Of a stretch of 64,000 bases of DNA, positions 48,233 through 59,621 are shown piece after piece; the first letter of the stretch is position 1; the number at the start of each line of letters is the position of its first letter. The stretch comes from a virus. The notes below the pieces were generated by a model, which made no database searches, was not told the DNA's origin, and saw only the letters and a program-made list of their open reading frames with translations. A program made the position numbers and the translations under genes. Location: IMG/VR virus record IMGVR_UViG_3300025120_014919, positions 32,001 to 96,000 of that record; one strand, given 5' to 3'.

Positions 48233-49918
48233 ATGTCTGTACGTACCATTAATGCTAGTTTTGATTTAAGATTTAAGGATGATCCTGAATCAAAATTTTA
48301 CGAGACACCATTACCTGAAATTAATATTTTAAATACTGTTGGAGCGTCTATACCTCTAAGCCTTATAGGTGATCAAACCTTTTTAGAGAAAAAATTAGTA
48401 ATAACAACTAATGGAATGGATGGTATTGGTTATGAAGAAAATTTATTCGACTTAAATAAATTCTATTATACCGATCAAAAAATTTATTTTATTTGCAGGG
48501 TAAAAACATCTGACCTATTTCCAGTTAAAAATTTACCTAATTTTACGTTATCTAATGGTGGTTTCAATTTAAAAATAGATATATTTGATAAAAATAATAA
48601 TAAATTAGATATCAACCTAAACACCTTCGAAACTCCTGCATCTTCAATCGATAATTATAGCGGTGGTTATTTTAAAGGTTATTTTACAATTGATGAACCT
48701 ATAAATGATATAAAAATAAAATGTGCAGGTAATACTAAAGTCGGGTTATTAACAGGAGAATCTAATCTATTCAGTATATACAATAAAAAAGGAAAAAATC
48801 ATATTAGAAAAATAAACGAAGATTTTGATCAAAAAAATTATTATAAAAGTCTTAGATATCAAGAAGTGCTAAAAAATAAAGATAACTTTTTTGATAATTT
48901 CTTAGGTAAAATAGTTGGGGATAAAAATTCTGACCCAAATACTTTAGGTATTAAAACTTACGAAAAAATAAGTAATTTTGTTAGTAATACAGCTGATATT
49001 GATAAAAGTAATATACGAAGTTTTTATTCAATGCAGAACCTTATCAATTCTAATATAAGTATTAACAGTGTAGCTTTTCCTGCTAGTATTCAAAGATTAG
49101 TTGATATGTTTTCGATTAACTTAAGTTTATTAAAAGGTAGTATAAATTATTTTAACTTTGACTATGATGATAAAGGTTTATTTATAAGTAAAACTTTAGG
49201 TAAAAATAAAGGCGATTATTTGCCATTTACTGAAACCATATTAAGCACTGGTAGTAATTCAAAAAAAATAGTAGCTTATGAAAAATTTAGTGAAACTTAT
49301 TCTTTATTAGACACAAACATACTAAGTGCGAAAGAATTTAGATATTTAGATAGAAATACCCAAACATACGCTTTATCTGATTATAACAATACGTGGGGAT
49401 GGAAACTTGTTCTTCCGAAAGGTTTAGGATCAGTAGATACATTAATTATTGAAAATAGTACAGATAATACACGAAATGATGATTTATTTGGTTTAAATTT
49501 AAGTTTACAAGATAATTATAGTAGACTATTAAAGCAAACTGTTAATTTCGATAAAAATTATATTGGTAATATTAGTAATTTTTATGATTTTTATGAGTAT
49601 GTACCTACATATCAAGGTGACAATATACAAAAATTTATAGATTTCGATAATGGTAATACAGTTTTAAATAATTTATCATCTTATCGAGAATTTTATTCTG
49701 ACGATGGACCTGTTGATGAAATAATTTCAAATAATTTATTTAAAAATACCGTATTTTTAGATTCTTATACCGAAGATAATTTTAATGCTCATTACATGTA
49801 TGATAGTAGTGGTATTAGGATTTTGGTAAAAGATTACGATAAACATTTAGAATTATCTAATAAAGGCTATACTCATTATGACCCGTTAAATAATATTAAT
49901 AACAATAGCACCTATTAA
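48233..49918 (+). CDS. Baseplate-associated structural protein
   Basis: 561 aa, TATAAATA-N5-ATG, structural module. Confidence 0.65.
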   Translation: MSVRTINASFDLRFKDDPESKFYETPLPEINILNTVGASIPLSLIGDQTFLEKKLVITTNGMDGIGYEENLFDLNKFYYTDQKIYFICRVKTSDLFPVKNLPNFTLSNGGFNLKIDIFDKNNNKLDINLNTFETPASSIDNYSGGYFKGYFTIDEPINDIKIKCAGNTKVGLLTGESNLFSIYNKKGKNHIRKINEDFDQKNYYKSLRYQEVLKNKDNFFDNFLGKIVGDKNSDPNTLGIKTYEKISNFVSNTADIDKSNIRSFYSMQNLINSNISINSVAFPASIQRLVDMFSINLSLLKGSINYFNFDYDDKGLFISKTLGKNKGDYLPFTETILSTGSNSKKIVAYEKFSETYSLLDTNILSAKEFRYLDRNTQTYALSDYNNTWGWKLVLPKGLGSVDTLIIENSTDNTRNDDLFGLNLSLQDNYSRLLKQTVNFDKNYIGNISNFYDFYEYVPTYQGDNIQKFIDFDNGNTVLNNLSSYREFYSDDGPVDEIISNNLFKNTVFLDSYTEDNFNAHYMYDSSGIRILVKDYDKHLELSNKGYTHYDPLNNINNNSTY

Positions 49919-49920
49919 AA

Positions 49921-51681
49921 ATGTCTAACACTTTAAATCAACAATTAATTTTATCTGATGAAATTTTAAATACAGCCAGTACTAACCCAATTAGTGCTGA
50001 TAATTTCCTGAATTTAAATCAAGCATTATTAAATTTAATTAATGAAAAAAATATTACTTTAGAAGAACTTGGTGACAACAGCCCTGCAGTAACTTTTGAT
50101 ACTGTAAGTGCTGATTTGTTAAATGATTATGATTATATTAATTATGATAAATTAGAACCTAGTGAACTTAATATATTGTTTAATAATCAGTTAATCGAAA
50201 ATTTAATAGGTACAGATGTTTATTACTTATCAGCAAATGAAACTGAAAGATTATCTGGAGTTTTAGTAGACGCGAAACAAAATGTATTTAACTTTTTTAA
50301 CGTTAATAATGCAACTACTAATACGATACCAGTTACATCAAGTACATTTGAAAAGGAAATCGGAGGATTTTTTCTACCTAATAAACAAAGTATACTTAAA
50401 CTTACCGGTAAATACGATTATTACATAGATGAAAATTTAGAAAAAAATAAAATTTATACGTTTCCGAACCCTGATATACAAGGTAATGTTGCTGGTCTGA
50501 GTAAAAACCCTATTAAATCACCATTAAAATTTAGTTCTAAAAAATCAGAATTTAAAAATATTTCTTCATCTTACGGTAGACGTAATGTTAAAAGTAGTAA
50601 TTATAATCAAAATTTTTATGCGTATGACTCCTTAGAACAGAAAAGATTAAACAATAGTATTAATTTTTCTAGTAGATTTGATAGAGAAATAAGTAACTTA
50701 ATTAATTACGGTTTAATTACTAATATCAATTATGACATATACGGTAACGGTTTTGTTGAATTTTTAAAAGACTCAAGTATCGTTAATAACATTAGAGTAG
50801 ATTCAACTTTAAATTCCGGTGGTTTCAATAATTCAGAAACTGTTTCTGCTAAAGAAAATTTATTATACAGAAATAAAAATTTAAAATTTCCTAAAATTAT
50901 AGAAAGAGAAGAAAAAATTAAAAATACTTTTGTTATTAACAAATTTAACAGTACCTTTTTACCACTTAGCACTGAACTTTCAAATGCTTTTAGCGAATAT
51001 AAAGAATTTCCTATCTTATATAATGAATTGCAAGGTAAAATTGAAGATATTAAAATTTATAAAGACATATTTTCTATTAAGACAAAAAGTTATTATATTA
51101 TTGATAATTTAAATTATGAGGATGGTATATATAAAAGAGGTAATACAGGTTCGCTTATTTTAGATAATTCCCAACTTGAAGGTAAACAATTATTATTCGG
51201 TTTAAGTAATGACTATATAGTTAAAAATGTTATATATAAAGCTAGGGTTAAAAAACTTGAAGATGAAAGTAAAAGAAATGATATTTTTAATTATGAAATT
51301 TTCGGATATAACACTGCTACTAAAGAAGTTATTGAACTGTTGAATATAAAAAATACACCTACAGACTTTTTTTATGATAATTTCAATTTAAATTTAGATA
51401 GAATACCGCAAAGAATAATAAATGTTTCACTTTCATACAATACAAAATTAAGTATGTTTAATTTAGTTACTCAATATAATGATTTAAATGATAATATTTT
51501 TATACATAGTTTATCATTTAAAATAATGAAAAATAAAGTTACTTTTGAAGAAAATGATATATACACACCTAGTAATTATTTTAAAACAAGTAATTTTTAT
51601 AGATCCACTGAATTGAAAAATAATTATACATCTACAATTTCTTCATACCAAGACTTTTATCAAGGAGTAATATTACTATAA
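49921..51681 (+). CDS. Structural protein, function unknown
   Basis: 586-aa Asn-rich ORF in operon. Confidence 0.65.
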   Translation: MSNTLNQQLILSDEILNTASTNPISADNFLNLNQALLNLINEKNITLEELGDNSPAVTFDTVSADLLNDYDYINYDKLEPSELNILFNNQLIENLIGTDVYYLSANETERLSGVLVDAKQNVFNFFNVNNATTNTIPVTSSTFEKEIGGFFLPNKQSILKLTGKYDYYIDENLEKNKIYTFPNPDIQGNVAGLSKNPIKSPLKFSSKKSEFKNISSSYGRRNVKSSNYNQNFYAYDSLEQKRLNNSINFSSRFDREISNLINYGLITNINYDIYGNGFVEFLKDSSIVNNIRVDSTLNSGGFNNSETVSAKENLLYRNKNLKFPKIIEREEKIKNTFVINKFNSTFLPLSTELSNAFSEYKEFPILYNELQGKIEDIKIYKDIFSIKTKSYYIIDNLNYEDGIYKRGNTGSLILDNSQLEGKQLLFGLSNDYIVKNVIYKARVKKLEDESKRNDIFNYEIFGYNTATKEVIELLNIKNTPTDFFYDNFNLNLDRIPQRIINVSLSYNTKLSMFNLVTQYNDLNDNIFIHSLSFKIMKNKVTFEENDIYTPSNYFKTSNFYRSTELKNNYTSTISSYQDFYQGVILL

Positions 51682-52367
51682 TGAACTACGACACTAAGAC
51701 AATTATTTTAAGTAATGTGGCTCCTATAATAACTGTTACAGGGGATACATATGTAGAAAATAAATTTACTGTAAAAGGTGAGCAAAAAATTATTTTAGAT
51801 TTATCTAATATACATACTGAAACATCCGCAGGTGAGGTTTATTATATTTATAAAACAAGAGCCCAATGGGGGGATGGAACCGATGAATACTATGAAAGTA
51901 TATATAATTCAGAGACTTTAAAGATTGAACCTCCTAAAACAATTGAACACACCTATTCAATTACTACATCAGCTGATGTATTGCAAGGGTTAGTTTATTT
52001 TGAGTTTCAAAATGGGTTAACTAGTTTTTGCCAATTATGTGCTTTTTGTAGTAAAGCAAATTTAATTGATTTACAAATGAAGAATTTAGAGAATCAATTA
52101 TTTGTAGTAGAAGATATCAAAAAACTTACAACATATGTAGATAAAGATAACAATTTATATAACTTAGCTTTAACACCTCAGTTATTAACTAGGTATGATT
52201 CAAGTCAGCAAGATATTATAGAGATACCAGAAGACGAAAGGCTATTCTTACAAAGTTCTGAATTAGGAGATATGGTAAATGTTTTATCTGCTACCGATAT
52301 ACAAGCTAACGATTCTTCGGCCGGGGCACCTATTGATTATACAGGATCAAGATTTATCGTTTATTAA
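51681..52367 (+). CDS. Structural protein, PKD-like motif
   Basis: QWGDGT...IEHTY. Confidence 0.6.
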   Translation: MNYDTKTIILSNVAPIITVTGDTYVENKFTVKGEQKIILDLSNIHTETSAGEVYYIYKTRAQWGDGTDEYYESIYNSETLKIEPPKTIEHTYSITTSADVLQGLVYFEFQNGLTSFCQLCAFCSKANLIDLQMKNLENQLFVVEDIKKLTTYVDKDNNLYNLALTPQLLTRYDSSQQDIIEIPEDERLFLQSSELGDMVNVLSATDIQANDSSAGAPIDYTGSRFIVY

Positions 52368-53987
52368 TTTATTAAGCCTTTTTACTTCTTCGATTAAAAC
52401 CGGTATCAATTGAACATAATCTAAAGCTTTAGTACCATCTTCTCTTGTACATACTGCTGTTGGTAAGACCTCTTCAACCTCTTGAGCAATCAAACCTAAT
52501 TGGCTACCTTCTCTATCAGATTTTTTATTCCAATCAAAAGAATAACCACTAACTTTATTAATGATATTCTCTGTATCGCATATTTTAATTATATTATCTT
52601 TTAAATTCTTATCGGACGATGAAAATGCTATAATATCCCCAGTTGCACATACTTTTCCGTTGAATATATAATTGCTATCTCCACCGAAACTCATATTAGT
52701 ACCATCGGTGATAATACAAGCTGTAGTAGCACTCCCGGTAGCAGTGTGAAACTCTATTTCACTTCCAATGTGCATTTCACCAGCATCTTCTGTATGCACC
52801 ACAGCGCCGAATCTTTTAGTACTACATGTAAGTTGATGACTTTGTAAACAACATGCATTAAGATTAGGTAATCTAGCTGCAGCAATGGTACCTGTTAACC
52901 CTGCAGCTTTAAGTTCAGTAACCTCTATAGTTATATTTGCAGAACCATCGAAAGGTTGAGCAGTAGCAGCTACCTGACCATTTAAGTCTATATTTCTTGG
53001 AGTCGCTAATTTAGTGGCTTCGTCTGCAGAGGCAGAACTAAGTCCAGAAGGATCAATCCATTTAACCTTAGTACCGGTTGAACATAAAATATAGTTCTGA
53101 GTGGCACAACCGGCACAGTCTAGGATACCGTTATTAAATCTAGCATTTGCATTAAAAGTAGTGCCTCCATTTATTTGCGACGCCCCGGTTATCCTTATAC
53201 CAGCACAAGCTTTAATTTGATTAGTTGATTGTAATGCACCTCCTACAGTAAGGTCATTATCAGTTGATCGAGCGCCGCATATATTACCGCATAAATTACC
53301 TTTGAAACTTGTACCTGCAACGTTACCATTAACGTCTAATACTTCACTAGGTGCTTTATCGATACCTATTTTACTTGAAGTTTCTCGTATAATTGAATTT
53401 GATATACCACATGCTCCGTTAAACTTTACAATACAACCATTAGTACCACCATCGTTACTGATAGTATCCCCTACACAACCTTCACCTACAAGAGTGGTCC
53501 ATTGAAGAGCTGGTCGATTCGTACCCGGATCAGTGGCACCTAAGGTTTTTAAAACCTGACCATTGGTGCCTATTGTTTGACTACAATCTACTATATGTTT
53601 AGCGTACAAACAATTAGTTGCTGAAAGATTTCCGATAACTGTTAATTTTGCATTAGCACTAGAATCGCTTAATTCATCTCCACCTACCACTACTCTACAA
53701 GTAGCACCTGAATGGGCTGCAAATAAATTACCTCCGGTCTCAATACATGTAGTTGCAAGTAATATATCAGCAGCAAACGTTTGATCAACAGTTAAGTTAC
53801 CTGTAACTTGTGCAGGTCCACATATTTTAGCACCGCTAGCATCTTTACCTAAACTCAACGATGAAGCAATACCTGACCCATCAGTTATTCTCATTAATGA
53901 ACCATCAGCTGGTAAAGCACAATTGTCGCAAGTTTTTAATAAACTTTCATAAGTTGCTGCTATGGTATTATTTTCTAAAGTAGCCAT
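52347..53987 (-). CDS. Cys-rich tail fibre with C-terminal S74-type intramolecular chaperone
   Basis: GDIIAFSSSDKNLKDNI, GYSFDW, GLIAQEVEEVLP, LDYVQLIPVLIE; about 23 Cys. Confidence 0.85.
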   Translation of the reverse strand: MATLENNTIAATYESLLKTCDNCALPADGSLMRITDGSGIASSLSLGKDASGAKICGPAQVTGNLTVDQTFAADILLATTCIETGGNLFAAHSGATCRVVVGGDELSDSSANAKLTVIGNLSATNCLYAKHIVDCSQTIGTNGQVLKTLGATDPGTNRPALQWTTLVGEGCVGDTISNDGGTNGCIVKFNGACGISNSIIRETSSKIGIDKAPSEVLDVNGNVAGTSFKGNLCGNICGARSTDNDLTVGGALQSTNQIKACAGIRITGASQINGGTTFNANARFNNGILDCAGCATQNYILCSTGTKVKWIDPSGLSSASADEATKLATPRNIDLNGQVAATAQPFDGSANITIEVTELKAAGLTGTIAAARLPNLNACCLQSHQLTCSTKRFGAVVHTEDAGEMHIGSEIEFHTATGSATTACIITDGTNMSFGGDSNYIFNGKVCATGDIIAFSSSDKNLKDNIIKICDTENIINKVSGYSFDWNKKSDREGSQLGLIAQEVEEVLPTAVCTREDGTKALDYVQLIPVLIEEVKRLNKLINDKS

Positions 53988-53995
53988 ACTATTAT

Positions 53996-55996
53996 TTATT
54001 GTAAAGGTACGGTAGATAAAGGTGGTATTCTAGTACCAAATCTTTCCACAGCGTAAGCACTTAAAAGTAATTTTTGATAATCGTATATTTTACCTATTGT
54101 TCTATTAAAAACGTCAATATTAATAGTTTCATTATTACCAATAAAAATTTCATTTTGATCTAATAACTTAGTACTTTCAGCTACAGCAGGTAAGATATTA
54201 GAAAAAGAGTTAAATAATAGTTCTTGTTTTACATATTTTGTAGTTAAAAATTTATTAATATTTTTTGAAAGTAAATTACAATTATATAATATATTATAAA
54301 AACTACGATTTAACGAAAAAGCATTAAAATAATCATCATCAATTGTGATTTGATTTCTAGTAAAATATGGGATTGTAGAATTAGTTAAATTTACATAACC
54401 AGAATTTTCAGTTAACTCAAGAAAAACTTTATCAGTAATAAACCATAGTTTTTCGGAATTACCTTCCATACCTAAGTTAACCGCAGCAACCGGTTGAATA
54501 GTAGGATTTACCTGCCATTCGTTAATTTTATTCTCCCAATGGTCTTCTTCACCAGCATCTAATACATATTCTTCCCAGTGTAATACAAAAGCTAAATCAG
54601 GTTGTATAACTAATCTAGCTATTAAAGATGCTTCACCATCTTTCATCCTACTTACAAATCCTTTATATACACCGTTAGTAGTAAGCATATAATATATGTT
54701 ACTATCATTTTTCGAGAAAAAGATTCCTTTTGCAAATAGATTAGTCATTCTACTTGGTTTTACTGTATAATTTGCTATAACTTCAAATGTTATTGAATCT
54801 AAAACTAAAATTTTAAAATTTTCACTTAATATATACAGTTTTCTATTAAACGGGTTAATTTTATATTGAATAACTGGGTTATTTTTAAAATAACTCTCAT
54901 TTCTATATCTGTTTTTAAATACAAACTCTTTAGTAAACATTTTAAATTCTTTAAACCCGCTATCGTATGTATATAGATAATTATTAACAAACTCTATGTC
55001 GTCTAAATTATTGAAACTATAGTTATAATCTTTACCAGTTAATGCAGTCCCTCCCATACTGTCCAATAACTTAAATACCTTCTCCCCGGTCCTATCACTA
55101 CCTACAATACTACTAACATCAAATTTATATATAGTATTTTTTACATCATCTGCCACAAATAATATTTTATCACCGTCATCTGTTGTATTGTTAATATGGT
55201 CAAAAGTTAATTCATTAAAATTACCAAAATTAGTAGCGCTGAATACAAAATTGAAACTAGTATGAGGAGTATTTACTTTATTTCTATCTATGTCATAGGT
55301 AAATATAACATTTGAAACACTAGCAAATAAAGTAGCTGATGCTGAAAGATTATTATAAAATATATTTAGTGATTCATTTTGACCTGTAAATGCATGATTA
55401 TAATCAGTAAAGGGTCGTAAATCAGTTGATACATACTTTTCAGTAATGGTATTCTGTAACCATACTACCTGTGAGCTGTCCGTAGCACTTACAGTCGGGT
55501 TAGTAGAAGCTGCAGCATAATAAGTTTGATTTAGAGGTAATTTAGGTAAGGATAATACTGAAAATCTATATAATTCTAAAAAGTTATCGTATAGATGTTC
55601 AATCTTCGAATTTAAAGAATTTCTATTTATTAATTCATTAGGAGCAAATTGTATTTCATTGTCTGTATACGGTAATACGAGATCATCACCCAATGTTCTA
55701 TCAAAATATAAATTATTGTTAAGATAAATTTCACCTCTTACGTTATCATAAGGGGTTAAAATTTCATCTGTATCAAACTTTCCGGTATATACTGAACCAT
55801 TATCTCTAATATTAAAATAACCTGTATACTCTACACCGGATAATTTAAAGTCATTTAATGAATAACCCATTTTAGTTATTATATTTGATACTGCAGGACC
55901 ACTTGATTGGTTATTATTTGTATTACTTTCAATCGAAGTACTTGTTGTTGTACCAGGGGTGGTTGGGTTATTATAATTATTTGAATGGTAAGACAT
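53996..55996 (-). CDS. Structural protein, beta-propeller-like
   Basis: 666 aa, repeated LFVADD/LYTYD/LYIL strand patterns; TATAAATA-N6-ATG. Confidence 0.6.
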   Translation of the reverse strand: MSYHSNNYNNPTTPGTTTSTSIESNTNNNQSSGPAVSNIITKMGYSLNDFKLSGVEYTGYFNIRDNGSVYTGKFDTDEILTPYDNVRGEIYLNNNLYFDRTLGDDLVLPYTDNEIQFAPNELINRNSLNSKIEHLYDNFLELYRFSVLSLPKLPLNQTYYAAASTNPTVSATDSSQVVWLQNTITEKYVSTDLRPFTDYNHAFTGQNESLNIFYNNLSASATLFASVSNVIFTYDIDRNKVNTPHTSFNFVFSATNFGNFNELTFDHINNTTDDGDKILFVADDVKNTIYKFDVSSIVGSDRTGEKVFKLLDSMGGTALTGKDYNYSFNNLDDIEFVNNYLYTYDSGFKEFKMFTKEFVFKNRYRNESYFKNNPVIQYKINPFNRKLYILSENFKILVLDSITFEVIANYTVKPSRMTNLFAKGIFFSKNDSNIYYMLTTNGVYKGFVSRMKDGEASLIARLVIQPDLAFVLHWEEYVLDAGEEDHWENKINEWQVNPTIQPVAAVNLGMEGNSEKLWFITDKVFLELTENSGYVNLTNSTIPYFTRNQITIDDDYFNAFSLNRSFYNILYNCNLLSKNINKFLTTKYVKQELLFNSFSNILPAVAESTKLLDQNEIFIGNNETINIDVFNRTIGKIYDYQKLLLSAYAVERFGTRIPPLSTVPLQ

Positions 55997-55997
55997 C

Positions 55998-58900
55998 TTA
56001 TATATTTATATCAAAGTTGAAATCTACAAAATCCACGTTTGATGGGAGTTGCGTAGGAAGCGCTTCTTTTAAATATTTTTCAACTGTTTCTCGAGTTAAA
56101 CTATTCATGTAAGCATTTTTAATATATACCCTAATAGTATTATTTTTTCTACCAGGAAGTATATAGCTATATAAATTATCTACTTCTTCGATATTATTTC
56201 TCGTACCACAAGGTACGTCTAAGTTTAAAGAGTCAATTTTTTTATCTTTTAAGTATAAGTATTGAGCCAATGGTGAGTTAGCAAGTGTGTTATAAACTTT
56301 TAAGTTTGTTATACTACCACCTTTACCGTAAAATTGGTTTGATTCTATAAACTTTGATATTGTATCTCTAAATAAGTTAGGTATATTAATAAAAATATTT
56401 GGAAATAATATTCGAGTATTAGGAATTATGTTACTATCAAAAGTAAACTTTTTAACCATTTCACCATTTAAATATAAATTTATTATACCAGCAGGTATAT
56501 TAAAATCTATACTAATAGTATTATCTAAATTTATATAAGGTAAAGGAAATATTGTTTCTTCGACACTTTCTGCCTCAACATCTACTATTTGAGAATCCCA
56601 CGGAGCGTAAATCGGGTTATTACTACCGGGGTCGTTCCAACTATCCGGATTATTTTCTTGCCATTCAGGGTCTATTAACAAACTTTTTAGAAAATTATCA
56701 ATACAAAATTGGAAACATAATTTATTTTGAACGTCTTTATATTTGTTATGTACATATTGAAAATTAACCGGACTTATAAATTTATTATTAGTTAGTGGTG
56801 TATCAGCTCCTGATATATTTAAAAAATATGTTTCTTTAGAATAATTATCAAGACTTATTTTATCAATAACTAATTTTTTATCATTTTTTCTCGATACAGA
56901 TAATAGTTTTACTTCTCTTTCATCTTCAATAAAATCTAAATATTGACCAGATACAGATTCGGCTGATAGACTAAACGATGTAAGTAATTCTCGTTCTGAA
57001 GAATATACGCTAATTTTACCTTCATTAGTATGAGAAAAACTTTGGATATATAATTTTTTATCATACGCTGCAATAGAATATATTTTACCACTAAAAGCTC
57101 TAATAGGATTATACGTTTCAGTATTATCATCTATATTCGTGAATATGATAAGATCATTACCGGTATCAGCAAATTGAGTACTGATAGAAGCTACTATACT
57201 TCCATCTAATAAAACAGGGTTTATACCATTAACCCCGACAAAACCTTTATCTTTCGGTTTTAATATATTTTTAAATGAACTTAAAGCAGGAGCTTTTAAC
57301 TCAGAATCACCAAAAGCACTAACAGCCAAGGTATTCATATCCAATATAACAGGTGTATTACCTTTTGCAGGATCAAAATAATTATTAGCACTTAGATTAA
57401 AGACTACTTTATTATAATCATAAAAATATCTTGACTGATAACCACTTAATATATTACCGACATCAGTTAAAATGTCGGGATCCGTCACTTTATTTTCGTC
57501 TAATATTTCACCGGTGACAGAAGTTTTGACAATACTATCTTCAGTAACCAATACAAAATTACTTTGTTGTTCTAAGTATAGAACGTCTTTAATTCTATTA
57601 ATAGTAGGGTATATATTTTCTTGTATTAAATTAAAATTTGAATCATATGCATAAATTTTATTATCTTCATGCATTATAAAAAACGGAGTAAAGTAAAAAT
57701 TATTTCTTAATGAAAACCCGTCTTCGTATTTATTACCAATTATTTGGTAGCTATCCAACGAAGTCGGGCTGTCTAATTTTAAATCAAAAGTTATATTAAA
57801 AATATTAGAATCTAAATTTTCATCTATTTTTATATCATCGTAACAATATTCATCAAATACTAATTTATTTAAACCATCTATTTCTTCACCAGAAAATTTA
57901 TTAGTTAAAGTTGATTTTATCAAATGGTTATCAAAATTATTAATAGTATTTTGTATATAATTATTACCTATTCTTTGATAAAATAAAGTATTTTCAGGAG
58001 TAAAAACTAAATTACTTTCTACATCAAAAAATGTATTTACTATACCATTTTTTATAAAATAATTATTAGCATCTCTAAGATTATTAAAAATTTCATTTGG
58101 AGTACCTAATTTATGCTCCGTATACTCATTAGGGGTTGAAAAATAATATCTATCAAACCATCTACCTTTATTACCAATACCACCACTTAACCACGCACAT
58201 ACAAAGGAAGCATTATTATTAGGTTTAATAAATGTAGATTGCAATTTCAATAAATTATCATCATTTTGCAATGTAATAGGAAAACTATTTTGATCAACCA
58301 TTATATCTTCAAGTTCTAAAGACGAGGTTGTATTCCTATTTGAATCCATTTCCTTATAAATTTTATCACTAAAATATGGTGATAAAGATGCATATGATCC
58401 ATTGTTAGCTAAGTTAGTATCTTCAATATTAATTCTATTGTATGGGTATAAAGACCCAGGTAATTTAAACTTAGTAATTTTGTCTGGTGAAAAAAGATAT
58501 TCCTTAGTATAAAAATTATAATTAAAAAGTAAATTTTCTTTGCTTTCTGAAGTATTATTTTCGTTTAAAATGGTATTGTAATTTCTTTGTTTAGTAGGTA
58601 TATCAAAAGGTAAAGTAGAATTTACATAATTATTATTTGATATATGATTTTTTAAATCGAAATAATTAAGCACGTTAAATAGCTTTCTACCAGTAACCCT
58701 ACTACCTGAAAGGGTAGTAGCTTCATACGGGTAATATGTAAGTAAATTGCTCTTAATACCAGATACACTTGTATTACTTATATTGTAATCCCCACTCAAT
58801 ACTTCATAGAAATTAAAATTATTTAAATTATTTCTAGAGACCTTATTTAGACCGCTACTTAATTTTATTACACCTTTATCTAAATTATAACGAGTAGGTG

Positions 58901-59576
58901 GTTGAGCTGTTAACACTGGACCACTAGTTGCTGATAGGCCAGAAATTACGTGAAATTGTCTACCATTTGACATATGTACAAATTGATATAAAGTTAAAAA
59001 ATTATTTTGGTCATCATAGTTATATAAAAATTTATAACCACTAAATGCCTGCGCCGAAGTTCCTGGGGAAATAGTTTCAAAAGATAGTTGTCTATGATTA
59101 CCACTATTTATATCATTTTCAACATTTAAAAGTTTATTATATATACCATCGAAAAAACTAATTTGAACATATGAATCATCTACAAAATCAATATTAAAAT
59201 TTTGACCAATACCGCTAGTATAATTACTAAGAGAAGTTGGTGTACCCGCTGCAGAAGAGTTTTGTGTAGTAGTTACAGCTCTTGACGACGGATTAATATT
59301 TTTACCGTCCAAAAACAAATAACTGTTCAAATCTATTTTTGTTAAATTGTTATCAGAATCAAAATTTATTACTTCATTTAAGTTTTTTTCTTCAGTTAAA
59401 ATATTAACAGTATTATTTTTAATTTTTTTATCATTTATATTTTTAAATATACTATAACTTACAAGGTCCATCCCTTGAGCCGTGTTGAATTCGTTATAAA
59501 CTAACTTATTATCTTCGTTGGCTAGATCATAAAAAATTGGTTCAACCAAATCAAACGTTTTTTTTGTTGCAGGCAT
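55998..59576 (-). CDS. Large virion structural protein
   Basis: 1192 aa, beta-rich; TATAAATA-N5-ATG. Confidence 0.7.
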   Translation of the reverse strand: MPATKKTFDLVEPIFYDLANEDNKLVYNEFNTAQGMDLVSYSIFKNINDKKIKNNTVNILTEEKNLNEVINFDSDNNLTKIDLNSYLFLDGKNINPSSRAVTTTQNSSAAGTPTSLSNYTSGIGQNFNIDFVDDSYVQISFFDGIYNKLLNVENDINSGNHRQLSFETISPGTSAQAFSGYKFLYNYDDQNNFLTLYQFVHMSNGRQFHVISGLSATSGPVLTAQPPTRYNLDKGVIKLSSGLNKVSRNNLNNFNFYEVLSGDYNISNTSVSGIKSNLLTYYPYEATTLSGSRVTGRKLFNVLNYFDLKNHISNNNYVNSTLPFDIPTKQRNYNTILNENNTSESKENLLFNYNFYTKEYLFSPDKITKFKLPGSLYPYNRINIEDTNLANNGSYASLSPYFSDKIYKEMDSNRNTTSSLELEDIMVDQNSFPITLQNDDNLLKLQSTFIKPNNNASFVCAWLSGGIGNKGRWFDRYYFSTPNEYTEHKLGTPNEIFNNLRDANNYFIKNGIVNTFFDVESNLVFTPENTLFYQRIGNNYIQNTINNFDNHLIKSTLTNKFSGEEIDGLNKLVFDEYCYDDIKIDENLDSNIFNITFDLKLDSPTSLDSYQIIGNKYEDGFSLRNNFYFTPFFIMHEDNKIYAYDSNFNLIQENIYPTINRIKDVLYLEQQSNFVLVTEDSIVKTSVTGEILDENKVTDPDILTDVGNILSGYQSRYFYDYNKVVFNLSANNYFDPAKGNTPVILDMNTLAVSAFGDSELKAPALSSFKNILKPKDKGFVGVNGINPVLLDGSIVASISTQFADTGNDLIIFTNIDDNTETYNPIRAFSGKIYSIAAYDKKLYIQSFSHTNEGKISVYSSERELLTSFSLSAESVSGQYLDFIEDEREVKLLSVSRKNDKKLVIDKISLDNYSKETYFLNISGADTPLTNNKFISPVNFQYVHNKYKDVQNKLCFQFCIDNFLKSLLIDPEWQENNPDSWNDPGSNNPIYAPWDSQIVDVEAESVEETIFPLPYINLDNTISIDFNIPAGIINLYLNGEMVKKFTFDSNIIPNTRILFPNIFINIPNLFRDTISKFIESNQFYGKGGSITNLKVYNTLANSPLAQYLYLKDKKIDSLNLDVPCGTRNNIEEVDNLYSYILPGRKNNTIRVYIKNAYMNSLTRETVEKYLKEALPTQLPSNVDFVDFNFDINI

Positions 59577-59621
59577 ATTATTATTTATAACTAATTTGAG
59601 GAGTTAACATAAATATTATTA